DNA from: Parabacteroides distasonis
Lineage (GTDB): Bacteria > Pseudomonadota > Gammaproteobacteria > Burkholderiales > Burkholderiaceae_F
NCBI GenBank assembly: GCA_963617005.1
Contig: CAVEMY010000001.1
Span: 1,655 to 65,654, forward strand
DNA: 64,000 nucleotides
Direction: 5' to 3'
Below are positions 29,168-37,761 of the stretch, piece after piece; position 1 is the first letter of the stretch, and each line of letters begins with the position of its first letter. The notes beneath the pieces were generated by a model that saw only the letters and a program-made list of their open reading frames with translations, did not search any database and had not been told where the DNA came from. Position numbers and translations under genes: made by a program.

Positions 29168-29959
29168 TTACACGACCGTAAACATGAAGGCGGTCATGAC
29201 AAAATCCAACCCTAAAACCATCAGAGAACTCACAACGACCGTGCGTGTCGTCGCTCGCGACACTCCCTCTGGAGTCGCTAATGCGCTATAGCCCTCAAAA
29301 AGGGCAATCAATCCCACAACGATGCCAAAAACAACCGATTTGATCATTCCGTTTAACACGTCGTCAAAAACGTCGACGCTAGCCTGCATCTGTGACCAAA
29401 ATGCGCCATCGTCTCCGCCGATTAGCGCCACTCCCACAATCCAAGCGCCAAAGATGCCAATGGCTGAAAAAATAATCGAAAGAATCGGCATCGAAATCAC
29501 CGATCCGACAAATCTCGGAGCGATGATGCGACGCAATGGGTCAACACCCATCATTTCCATGGCAGCAAACTGTTCTCCGGCGCGCATCAAGCCAATTTCT
29601 GCAGTAAGAGACGTTCCGGCGCGCCCAGCGAACAATAGAGCTGTCACCACGGGCCCTAATTCACGCATCAAAGAAAGGGCGACTAAGACGCCAAGCGCCT
29701 GTTCGCTTCCGAACCTCACAAGCGTTACATAGCCCTGCAGCCCCAAAACAAATCCCACAAAAAGCCCTGAAACCGAAATAATGACAAGCGAATAATTTCC
29801 AATAAAGTGAACTTGTTGCACGACAAGGAAAAAGCGCCGTAATGCCGCAGGAACCAAACAAATCACTTGCCAAGAAAAGAGTCCAAAGCGCCCGATGGCT
29901 TCGGTTTCCCGGATTACGTAGCGCCCAAGTAGCGAAATAAGAGACGTCAAACTTTTCAT
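29168..29959 (-). CDS. mlaE: Phospholipid ABC transporter permease MlaE
   Basis: 263 aa MlaE/Ttg2B-type permease (RELGPVVTALLFAGRAG...EIG.MR..EQ..AME.MGV). Confidence 0.9.
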   Translation of the reverse strand: MKSLTSLISLLGRYVIRETEAIGRFGLFSWQVICLVPAALRRFFLVVQQVHFIGNYSLVIISVSGLFVGFVLGLQGYVTLVRFGSEQALGVLVALSLMRELGPVVTALLFAGRAGTSLTAEIGLMRAGEQFAAMEMMGVDPLRRIIAPRFVGSVISMPILSIIFSAIGIFGAWIVGVALIGGDDGAFWSQMQASVDVFDDVLNGMIKSVVFGIVVGLIALFEGYSALATPEGVSRATTRTVVVSSLMVLGLDFVMTAFMFTVV

Positions 29960-30774
29960 TTCGCCCTCGCCTCTAAGAAATCGTCTTCTATCGTAGGAGC
30001 TGGATAATGAAAGCGCACGGGACCGTCAGGAACCGCATCCAAAAATTGCCGCACAAAGGGATCTGTCGAACGATTCATCGCTTCTGGCGTTCCTTCGCCC
30101 GAGACCTTACCTGCGTTAATCATATAAACATAGTCGGCAATTGCAAAGGTTTCTGCCACGTCGTGCGTGACGACAATCGCGGTGGCATTTAAGGCATCCG
30201 TAAGCTCTCGAATTAAACGCGATGTGACACCCATCGAGATGGGATCTAAACCCGCGAAAGGCTCATCGTACAAAATTAACTGGGGATCTAATGCAATGGC
30301 GCGAGCCAAAGCGACGCGTCGAGCCATACCGCCTGAGATTTCCGAAGGCATCAGAGAAGCTGTCCCTCGCAAACCCACGGCATTTAATTTCATGAGAACT
30401 AAGTCGCTAATCGTTTCTTCATCAAGTTTCGTCCTTTCACGCAAAGGGAAAGCGACATTTTCGAAAACCGTGAGATCTGTGAAAAGGGCGCCAAACTGAA
30501 AGAGCATTCCCATACGTTCACGCATGGCGTATAGGCTTGTTTCATTGGTGGGGTCAAGCTCTTTTCCATCGAAAAGGATGCGGCCAGATTGTGGGATAAG
30601 CAATCCGCCGATAAGCTTAAGGAGCGTTGTTTTTCCCATCCCAGAACCGCCCATGATGGCAACAACTTTCCCGCGGCCAAACTTCATTGTCACCCCGTCG
30701 AGAATGACACGATTTCCATAGCTGAACTTGACGTTGTCAATCAGCAAGAAAGGAGCCTCTTTTTCCATTACCAC
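29956..30774 (-). CDS. mlaF: Phospholipid ABC transporter ATP-binding protein MlaF
   Basis: Walker A GGSGMGKTT, signature ISGGMARRVALAR, Walker B LILYDEPFAGLD. The listed start is GTG 30774. ATG at 30768 is an equally good start. Confidence 0.9.
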   Translation of the reverse strand: MVMEKEAPFLLIDNVKFSYGNRVILDGVTMKFGRGKVVAIMGGSGMGKTTLLKLIGGLLIPQSGRILFDGKELDPTNETSLYAMRERMGMLFQFGALFTDLTVFENVAFPLRERTKLDEETISDLVLMKLNAVGLRGTASLMPSEISGGMARRVALARAIALDPQLILYDEPFAGLDPISMGVTSRLIRELTDALNATAIVVTHDVAETFAIADYVYMINAGKVSGEGTPEAMNRSTDPFVRQFLDAVPDGPVRFHYPAPTIEDDFLEARAK

Positions 30775-30828
30775 TCAACAACTGAACTTCGGTTCAGCCG
30801 ATATTATCACAAAGAATTTGGGACACCT

Positions 30829-30890
30829 CGGTTACTGCAACCCTTTGTTACAGCAACCCATGTTACGACAATTCTTGTTACGACAATCCT
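30829..30890. repeat. Four tandem direct repeats (period 16,15,15 bp) sharing GTTAC-N-(G/A)CAA
   Basis: cgGTTACtGCAACCCt / ttGTTACaGCAACCCa / tGTTACGACAATtCt / tGTTACGACAATcCt, read directly. Located 55-115 bp upstream of mlaF. The last unit overlaps the stop of the thioesterase gene. Confidence 0.8.
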
Positions 30891-31354
30891 AGCGGCGTAA
30901 ATCGCACACAACGAGCAATGCCGAGTTCCTTAAGCCTCGCGTCGTCAGAAGGCACAACAACAAAGCGCTCAGCGACCTCTTGCGGGCAATCAATCGCGTG
31001 GCGCGTGTTTAAATCCACGAAGACCCACTCTGTCGCAGCAATGCAACAGACCTTACCAGCGTTTTTCATCGTGTACCGGCGAAAACTTCTGCCGCGAGAA
31101 TAGGCGTGAATCCACGTGTAGACCTCGATGGTGTCTCCTAGCGAGCAGGGCCTTAAATATTCAATCCAGTGTTCGCGCGCCATCCAAGCTGCCCCTAGCT
31201 TTAAATAGTCCTCGGTTGACCAGCCGTTAATGTCAGAGGCGTAGCGCGCCGCCTCTTCAACCCATCTTAAGTAAACGCGATTGTTGACGTGATCTAAAAC
31301 GTCAATATCCGCGGGCATGACCTTCACTTCATAGCGTGCAATTTCGACTGGCAT
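30878..31354 (-). CDS. 4HBT/YbgC-type acyl-CoA thioesterase (hotdog fold)
   Basis: VMPADIDVLDHVNNRVYLRW is the typical hotdog thioesterase N-terminal motif. 158 aa. Confidence 0.7.
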   Translation of the reverse strand: MPVEIARYEVKVMPADIDVLDHVNNRVYLRWVEEAARYASDINGWSTEDYLKLGAAWMAREHWIEYLRPCSLGDTIEVYTWIHAYSRGRSFRRYTMKNAGKVCCIAATEWVFVDLNTRHAIDCPQEVAERFVVVPSDDARLKELGIARCVRFTPLGLS

Positions 31355-31362
31355 ATGGGCTC

Positions 31363-32145
31363 CTAGTTTGTTTCAGCCAAAGGGTCTGCAACGCCTAAGG
31401 CTCGGCTCATCGCAGCGCTTGTTTCTTTACATAACTCGTGGCGGTTGTCCCCAGTGAGCGCCGGAAGAATTTCAACGGTCACCGAAAGACCTGTGGAACA
31501 TAGTATTGCCCAAAGGCGGCTCATCAGCGATTCATTTCCTGTCCAAGCCGTTATCGTTGTGGGCTTTCCATCTTTTTTGTAGTGAACCAAAAGGGGAATT
31601 GTCATGGCGCCCGTCTTCGCGGAAGCTTCAAACAAATTCGAATGCAGTTTCAAGATTCCCGTGCCGCTTGAGGTTGTTCCTTCGGGGAATACGAGGACGT
31701 TTCTTCCTTCATTTAAGGCCTTAATCATCGACTCGGCAATCCCGATAAGAGACCTTTTATTCTTTCTTTCAATGTAAATCGTCCCCACGGCGCTTGCGAT
31801 GCGTCCTAAGACGGGCCAACGACCAATTTCAGCCTTCGCAACAAAACCTGCTGGGAGCACGGCATCAATGACAAAAGGATCTAAGAATGTGACGTGATTG
31901 GAAACCAAAAGGCGACCCATTTGGTTAGGGGTAATGCCCGAATCAAACGCCTCAGGACAATCGAGTGAGCCTTCGTGATTGATTTCAATTCCAATCATGC
32001 GCGGCAATTTCCCCGCCCACTCGCGAATTAAGCGACCCCGCTTTTGAGCGCTCGCTTTCGGAAGCACAAAAGCAATCATAAATAGGCATCCAACAACGTA
32101 AAAGCCGATTTTTAATAAACGATATAGACCAAGCAAAGTCTTCAT
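31363..32145 (-). CDS. Lysophospholipid/1-acyl-sn-glycerol-3-phosphate acyltransferase family protein
   Basis: N-terminal TM, HX4D motif NHVTFLDPF, and the FPEGTTS motif. Lies 8 bp upstream of the thioesterase gene. Confidence 0.75.
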   Translation of the reverse strand: MKTLLGLYRLLKIGFYVVGCLFMIAFVLPKASAQKRGRLIREWAGKLPRMIGIEINHEGSLDCPEAFDSGITPNQMGRLLVSNHVTFLDPFVIDAVLPAGFVAKAEIGRWPVLGRIASAVGTIYIERKNKRSLIGIAESMIKALNEGRNVLVFPEGTTSSGTGILKLHSNLFEASAKTGAMTIPLLVHYKKDGKPTTITAWTGNESLMSRLWAILCSTGLSVTVEILPALTGDNRHELCKETSAAMSRALGVADPLAETN

Positions 32146-32150
32146 TTTTC

Positions 32151-32564
32151 TTATTCAAGTCCGTTTTTTGGACACCCTTCATCAAACCACTGCTGCAAAA
32201 TCACGGCCGCAGAAGCGTCGTCAATCTTTTTCATTCCCTCTTCCACGAGAACCGATGAATACCGTTCATCGACTGTGTAAAGAGGCAATCCTGTGCGCCC
32301 TGCCAATTGGCGCGCAAAGCGCAAAGCGCGCTGTGTCATCTCGTGGGCGGCACCATCAGGGTGCCGCGGCACTCCGACGATAAGCGCGACAGGGGCCCAC
32401 GCCTCAAGCACCTTTTGAACCCCGTCCCATTTAGATTTGTTGGTTTTAGCCTCAATAATCGTCAAGGGCCTTGCGCCTTGGGTCAATGTGTTGCCAAGCG
32501 CGACGCCAATTCGGGCCAAGCCGAAATCGAAAGCAAGGACGTTTCCTGTCAGATCCATAGCCAA
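32151..32564 (-). CDS. ruvX: Pre-16S rRNA nuclease / Holliday junction resolvase-like YqgF
   Basis: LAFDFGLARIGVALG N-terminus, and DERYSS near the C-terminus. Confidence 0.85.
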   Translation of the reverse strand: MAMDLTGNVLAFDFGLARIGVALGNTLTQGARPLTIIEAKTNKSKWDGVQKVLEAWAPVALIVGVPRHPDGAAHEMTQRALRFARQLAGRTGLPLYTVDERYSSVLVEEGMKKIDDASAAVILQQWFDEGCPKNGLE

Positions 32565-32597
32565 TTACGAGAAAAGCCGTTATTTTAATTGAAGTTT

Positions 32598-33164
32598 TTA
32601 GGCGTGCCCAACGTTATCGCTTAAAACGCTCTCTCCCGAAAGGGTTTCGATGCCAACAAGAGCGAGAGCTGCTTCATACCGTTCAGGCAAGGCAACATCA
32701 AAAATAATGCGGCTACTTGCCTTAGCATTAAGCCAAAAACCCTCTTCAATTTCTTTATCGAGTTGCCCTGGTTCCCACATCGCGCACCCTAGTAGCGGCA
32801 TGACCTTCTCGGGGCCTGCTCCACGAGCAATTTCTTTCAAAATGTCATTGGAAAGCGTAAGGGCAATCCCTTCTTCTTTGCTGACAAAGTTCGTTGTTTG
32901 CCAAAGGCCTTGCGGCGAATGGAGGATAAACGCCGTTGTCGGGTAAACGGGGCCTCCCCAGCCAAAGATTCTCTCCTTTTGTGGGGCCGGACACCCTAAC
33001 TGCTCACAGGCCTCCGTTAAGGTAAAACGGCTTTCTCGATTGACAACGAGACCAAAGGCTCCATCGTCATTTTTCTCAATTAAGAAAATCAGCGTGCGAG
33101 AAAAAAGCGAATCCTCCATTCCTGGAGCTGCAATCAGAAATCGATTTTTCAATTTATTAGGCAT
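32598..33164 (-). CDS. YqgE/AlgH family protein
   Basis: FLIAAPGMEDS.F.RTLIFL.E.NDDGAFGLVVN and CAMWEPGQLDKEIEEGFWL motifs. Sits in the conserved yqgE-ruvX pair. Confidence 0.8.
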   Translation of the reverse strand: MPNKLKNRFLIAAPGMEDSLFSRTLIFLIEKNDDGAFGLVVNRESRFTLTEACEQLGCPAPQKERIFGWGGPVYPTTAFILHSPQGLWQTTNFVSKEEGIALTLSNDILKEIARGAGPEKVMPLLGCAMWEPGQLDKEIEEGFWLNAKASSRIIFDVALPERYEAALALVGIETLSGESVLSDNVGHA

Positions 33165-33244
33165 AAGCGTATCCTAACGCAGGATTGTGCGATTTTAGGC
33201 GCATCCCTCCGCTATTGTTACAAAGGAAACAAAGGTTTTAAATT

Positions 33245-33733
33245 ATGGTCGAAGATGTTCTCGGTAAGCTCTGTGCCCTTTTTGATTCGGGCAATGCCAA
33301 ATACCGTGTTGTTCACCACCCAGCCTGCGAACGTTCTAGCCAATCCGTGGCAGAAGTTCGCGGCACAGAATTGGGGCAAGGCGCCAAGGCGCTTGTCTGC
33401 CTCGTGAAGGGTAACGGCGTTAAGCAATATGTTCTCGCAGTACTACCCGCAGATAAGCAAGCAGACCTTATGAAGCTATCTGCCGCTCTTGGTGCTCGCC
33501 GCGCAGGGCTCTGCAGTGCCGATGAAGTGATGGAACTCACGGGCTGCATCTTCGGTGCCGTCCCGCCCGTTTCCTTTCACGAGAAACTTTTAGGCATTGC
33601 CGATCCCACGCTATTTACGCGCTACAAAGAAATCGCCTTTAACGCGGGTTCGCGCGACACATCGATTATCATCGACACGGAAGACTTTCACCGTATCGTG
33701 CACCCGAAAGAAATCGACTTCTTAAAGGCCTAG
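33245..33733 (+). CDS. YbaK/ProX-like aminoacyl-tRNA deacylase domain protein
   Basis: KALVCLVKG...YVLAVLPADKQADLMKL and GAVPP motifs typical of YbaK/prolyl-tRNA-synthetase-associated editing domains. Confidence 0.65.
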   Translation: MVEDVLGKLCALFDSGNAKYRVVHHPACERSSQSVAEVRGTELGQGAKALVCLVKGNGVKQYVLAVLPADKQADLMKLSAALGARRAGLCSADEVMELTGCIFGAVPPVSFHEKLLGIADPTLFTRYKEIAFNAGSRDTSIIIDTEDFHRIVHPKEIDFLKA

Positions 33734-33747
33734 GGTAAACGCCTCTT

Positions 33748-34254
33748 TCAGAACCACGGGAAATCGCCATCGCGCGATTTCCAGGGGTCGATTGTCACAT
33801 CGACACTACGGACAACGCCCGTCTTATCAAACTGCGGCCAAACAGCCATATCAAAGCTTCCGCCATCTTGGTAGCGATACATCCAAGCGTGTTCCCCTAC
33901 GAGCGGAAAGTTATATTCCTCGGCACACTTTCCCCACAAAGCCCACACGTCAGCCTCTGTGGATTCACCAACTTTAATGAGCGAAAAATACTTTTCTTGG
34001 AGTCCCTGCTCGCGAGAAACGACCTTATTGTTTTTATCTAAGAAAAGCCACCAAACCGCTTGACCGTAGGGCTGCGAGGAATACGTCCAACGCACAGTGC
34101 CATCTGGCATCGGAGTCATCGCCTCAGGCGCGCCAAGCCTCTCTCTTACCGCGTCTGCCGTATCTCCCATCTTCACAAGCTGCGGGTGCGAGCAAGCACA
34201 AAGAAGAGTAGCCAATCCTGCCACAAGACCGAGGCGCAATGACTTTTGCTTCAT
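33748..34254 (-). CDS. Hypothetical lipoprotein
   Basis: Start placed at MKQKSLRL. Lipobox LLCA|C. No family recognised with confidence (possibly BamE/SmpA-like repeats). Confidence 0.45.
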   Translation of the reverse strand: MKQKSLRLGLVAGLATLLCACSHPQLVKMGDTADAVRERLGAPEAMTPMPDGTVRWTYSSQPYGQAVWWLFLDKNNKVVSREQGLQEKYFSLIKVGESTEADVWALWGKCAEEYNFPLVGEHAWMYRYQDGGSFDMAVWPQFDKTGVVRSVDVTIDPWKSRDGDFPWF

Positions 34255-34417
34255 AGGGAAAAAACCTCCAAACTCAAAAATGCTTTCTACTATTTTACTC
34301 ATCTGATTTTCCGATTTTGTAAGAATTCTTTAGGAAAAACTAAGGAAAACAACTCATCTCTGATTCAAAGCGCTATTTAAAGGGTAAACTTTTGGGCGGG
34401 AAAATTTGTCTATGGTT

Positions 34418-34445
34418 GTCTCCCAAAGAGGAGACGTAGTTTTTT
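34418..34445 (+). terminator. Terminator-like hairpin inside the aspS 5' leader
   Basis: GTCTCC-caaaga-GGAGAC then gtag then TTTTTT, 45 nt upstream of the aspS ATG. It overlaps a second palindrome, TTTTTTG-cggc-CAAAAAA. Confidence 0.35.
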
Positions 34446-34489
34446 GCGGCCAAAAAAAGTAGCAAAACGCCGCAATTTGAGGAGTACCT

Positions 34490-36289
34490 ATGCGTACCAA
34501 TTACTGTGGCCTGATTGATGAGAAATACATCGGCCAAACTGTCACCCTTTACGGGTGGGCTCACCGCCGTCGTGACCATGGTGGTGTCATTTTTATCGAC
34601 TTGCGTGACCGCGAGGGTTTAGTTCAGATCGTCTGCGACCCGGACCGCCCCGAAGTGTTCGCCGCTGCCGAGAAAATCCGTAATGAGTACTGCTTGAAGT
34701 TAACTGGCCTTGTTCGTCCACGTCCTGAAGGAACGAAAAACGACTCCCTGATTTCTGGCGGTATCGAAATTCTTTGCCAAGAGCTCGAAATCTTGAATCC
34801 GTCTTTGACGCCTCCGTTCCAGCTCGACGATGACACGGTAAGCGAAACAGCACGCTTGACATACCGTGTGCTCGATTTGCGTCGCCCGCAGATGCAAAAG
34901 AATATGAAGTTGCGCTTTAAGGTCACACAGGCCGTTCGCCACTTCTTAGACGACGAGGGCTTTATTGATATTGAAACGCCTGTTTTAACGAAGTCCACAC
35001 CCGAAGGCGCTCGTGACTACTTGGTCCCTTCGCGCGTTCAAGACGGTATGTTCTTCGCCTTGCCACAGTCGCCACAGCTTTTTAAGCAGATGTTGATGGT
35101 CGCTGGCTTTGACCGCTACTACCAAATCGTCAAGTGCTTTAGAGACGAGGACTTGCGTGCTGACCGTCAGCCTGAATTCACGCAGATCGATTGCGAAACA
35201 AGTTTCTTAAATGAGCATGAAATTCGTGACCTCTTTGAAAGACTCATTCGCACCGTCTTCGAGAAGGTTCTGAACGTGAAACTTGTTGCCGACGGTGAAC
35301 GTTTCCCTGTGATGCAATACAGAGAAGCGATGGCGCGCTTTGGTTCTGATAAGCCCGATTTACGCGTCAAGCTCGAACTCAAAGAAGTCACAGACATTGT
35401 CAAAAATAGCGACTTCAAGGTCTTTAGTTCTGTCACAAGCTTACATAACGGTAAGGTTGTGGTTCTTCGCGTTCCTGGCGCCTGCGCTATGCCGCGCTCG
35501 GAAATCGATAGCTACACCGAGTTTGTGAAGATCTATGGCGCCAAGGGCCTTGCCTACATCAAGGTTAACGAAAAGGCCAAGGGCCGCGAAGGCTTACAGA
35601 GCCCGATTGTGAAGAATCTTTCCGATGAGATTCTTGCCAAACTCTTGGAAGTCACCGCTGCCGAAGATGGCGACATCCTCTTTTTCGGTGCCGATAAAGC
35701 GAAGGTCGTTTACGACAGTCTTGGAGCGTTACGCTTAAAGATTGGTTTGGGTGACTTCGGTCAAAAGCATGGACTTTTTGAAGCTGGCTGGAAACCCTTG
35801 TGGGTTGTTGACTTCCCGATGTTTGAATTCTCCGAGGAAGAAAACCGCTGGATGGCTTGCCACCATCCGTTTACGTCGCCGCACGATGAAGACGTCGATA
35901 AGCTTGAAACCGATCCCGAAAACTGCTTTGCCAAGGCCTACGATATGGTCTTAAATGGCTGGGAAATCGGCGGCGGCTCCGTGCGTATTCACGATGCGAC
36001 AGTACAAAGCAAGGTCTTCTCTGCCTTAAAGATTGGTCCAGAAGAAGCGAAGATGAAGTTCGGGTTCTTACTCGACGCGTTGCAGTACGGTGCGCCACCC
36101 CATGGTGGTATCGCCTTCGGTCTTGACCGTATCGTCACCATGATGACAGGCGCCCCCTCGATTCGTGACGTGATTGCGTTCCCGAAGACACAGCGTGCGC
36201 AGTGCTTGCTCACGGGCGCTCCAAGCCCCGTGGATGAAAAGCAGTTGCGCGAACTGCACATTCGTTTGCGTAACGAACCGAAGGCCTAA
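34490..36289 (+). CDS. aspS: Aspartate-tRNA ligase
   Basis: MRTNYCG..., class II motifs [18 protein letters not shown] and [15 protein letters not shown]. Confidence 0.95.
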   Translation: MRTNYCGLIDEKYIGQTVTLYGWAHRRRDHGGVIFIDLRDREGLVQIVCDPDRPEVFAAAEKIRNEYCLKLTGLVRPRPEGTKNDSLISGGIEILCQELEILNPSLTPPFQLDDDTVSETARLTYRVLDLRRPQMQKNMKLRFKVTQAVRHFLDDEGFIDIETPVLTKSTPEGARDYLVPSRVQDGMFFALPQSPQLFKQMLMVAGFDRYYQIVKCFRDEDLRADRQPEFTQIDCETSFLNEHEIRDLFERLIRTVFEKVLNVKLVADGERFPVMQYREAMARFGSDKPDLRVKLELKEVTDIVKNSDFKVFSSVTSLHNGKVVVLRVPGACAMPRSEIDSYTEFVKIYGAKGLAYIKVNEKAKGREGLQSPIVKNLSDEILAKLLEVTAAEDGDILFFGADKAKVVYDSLGALRLKIGLGDFGQKHGLFEAGWKPLWVVDFPMFEFSEEENRWMACHHPFTSPHDEDVDKLETDPENCFAKAYDMVLNGWEIGGGSVRIHDATVQSKVFSALKIGPEEAKMKFGFLLDALQYGAPPHGGIAFGLDRIVTMMTGAPSIRDVIAFPKTQRAQCLLTGAPSPVDEKQLRELHIRLRNEPKA

Positions 36290-36312
36290 ACGCCTAAAAG
36301 GAAAGTAACAAG

Positions 36313-36345
36313 GCCGCAGGCATAAAAACCCTGCGGCTTCTTTTT
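36313..36345 (+). terminator. Intrinsic terminator after aspS
   Basis: Stem GCCGCAGG/CCTGCGGC followed by TTCTTTTT. Confidence 0.65.
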
Positions 36346-36360
36346 CCAGGCAATCAATAC

Positions 36361-37275
36361 ATGACTTCGAAGCTTTGTAATCTTTGCCCTAGGCGCTGCA
36401 ACGCCGATCGCGCGAGCGACGCTGGCATCAAGCGAGCTCTTTGTCAGAGTGCGTGGACTCCCCGCGTTGCCCTTGTGAGCTTACACGCCTGGGAAGAGCC
36501 CTGCATCTCAGGAAAAAGGGGCGCAGGAACCGTTTTCTTTTCGCATTGCACGATGCGTTGCTGCTTTTGCCAAAACTACGAAATTAGTAACGAAGGAAAA
36601 GGTATCGAAGTCACGCCTGAACGCTTAACAGAGATTTTTCTTGAAGAAGAACGCCGGGGAGCAGAAACCCTAGAACTTGTCACTCCAAGCCACTACGCCG
36701 ATTCCATCATTCCTGCCTTAAAAGAGGCGAAAGCCTCAGGCCTATCGATTCCCGTTGTCTATAACACCAACGCCTACGATTCACCTGAAACGTTAGAGCG
36801 CTTTGCCGATCTCGTTGACGTTTTCATGCCCGACTTAAAGTACTTTGACTCGCGTCTTGCGGCTCGATATTCTGGGGTTCCCCATTACAAGGAAGTGGCC
36901 ACAAAAGCCATTGAAACGATGTTTGAGTTAACGGGGCCCGTTCGCCTTAATTCTGAGGGTATTCTTGAAAAAGGCGTTCTTATTCGTCATCTTGTTCTTC
37001 CTTGGCTATATAAAGATAGTTTTGCTTGCCTTAAGTGGATCTATGAGAGATTTAAAGACGACGTGTATGTCTCTGTGATGAACCAATACATGCCTCTTTA
37101 TAAAGCGAATCGCCACCGAGAAATCAATCGCCCTCTTACCACGCTTGAATACAATCGAGTTCTGGATTACGCCGAAAAATTAGGCATGAAAAAGGTCTAT
37201 TTTCAGGCAGGACGAACAAATTCTGATATATTCATTCCAATCTTTGATGGAAGTCACGTTCTATCGGACAAATGA
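36361..37275 (+). CDS. PflX-like radical SAM protein (putative glycyl-radical-enzyme-activase-like, COG1313 type)
   Basis: CNLCPRRCNADR N-terminal Cys motif, HAWEEPCISG, and radical SAM CX3CX2C (CTMRCCFCQN). Confidence 0.75.
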   Translation: MTSKLCNLCPRRCNADRASDAGIKRALCQSAWTPRVALVSLHAWEEPCISGKRGAGTVFFSHCTMRCCFCQNYEISNEGKGIEVTPERLTEIFLEEERRGAETLELVTPSHYADSIIPALKEAKASGLSIPVVYNTNAYDSPETLERFADLVDVFMPDLKYFDSRLAARYSGVPHYKEVATKAIETMFELTGPVRLNSEGILEKGVLIRHLVLPWLYKDSFACLKWIYERFKDDVYVSVMNQYMPLYKANRHREINRPLTTLEYNRVLDYAEKLGMKKVYFQAGRTNSDIFIPIFDGSHVLSDK

Positions 37276-37339
37276 GAGAATCTTTTTGACCGATTCGGGG
37301 ATATCCTTCCTTTCAATCTAACAGGGGATACCGAAGACT

Positions 37340-37747
37340 ATGGCACTAGCTGTTGCAAAACAACGAAAAGCTCTTGGCGCACGCCTAAGAGCCGAGCGCG
37401 AGCGTCTTGGCTTTTCCGAAACGCAAATTGCACAACTTATCGGAATCCCACTTGAGAAATACCTCGAAGTGGAAGCCGGGGACTTGGACCCAGGTCTCTT
37501 TTGCATGATGCGGTTAACTGCCTGCGGCTTTGACGCCAATTTCATCATCACCAACGAACGTCTTCGTCCTTTGCAGGAAGAAAGTGAACTTTTGCGCCGC
37601 TTTCGAGAACTCTCCAATAAAGGCAAAAGTTCCATTTTTATGACGCTTGATGCGCTCGAACGTCTCGCTCCGAATCTTCGTTCCAATATTCGTAAGAACA
37701 TCCGGTCCAATTTCGACGCAATCAAAGATAAATTCAAGATTGACTGA
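37340..37747 (+). CDS. XRE-family helix-turn-helix transcriptional regulator
   Basis: LGARLRAERERLGFSETQIAQLIGIPLEKYLEVEAG is a classic Cro/C1 HTH, with a C-terminal extension of about 65 aa. Confidence 0.7.
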   Translation: MALAVAKQRKALGARLRAERERLGFSETQIAQLIGIPLEKYLEVEAGDLDPGLFCMMRLTACGFDANFIITNERLRPLQEESELLRRFRELSNKGKSSIFMTLDALERLAPNLRSNIRKNIRSNFDAIKDKFKID

Positions 37748-37761
37748 CCGGAGTCAAAACT

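Noticed and set aside
37318-37737. 139-aa ORF on the minus strand, almost exactly coextensive with the XRE regulator ORF
   Set aside because: The plus-strand product has a textbook Cro/C1 helix-turn-helix and sits in an operon-like arrangement with asmA. The minus-strand product is Arg/Ser-rich with no motif.
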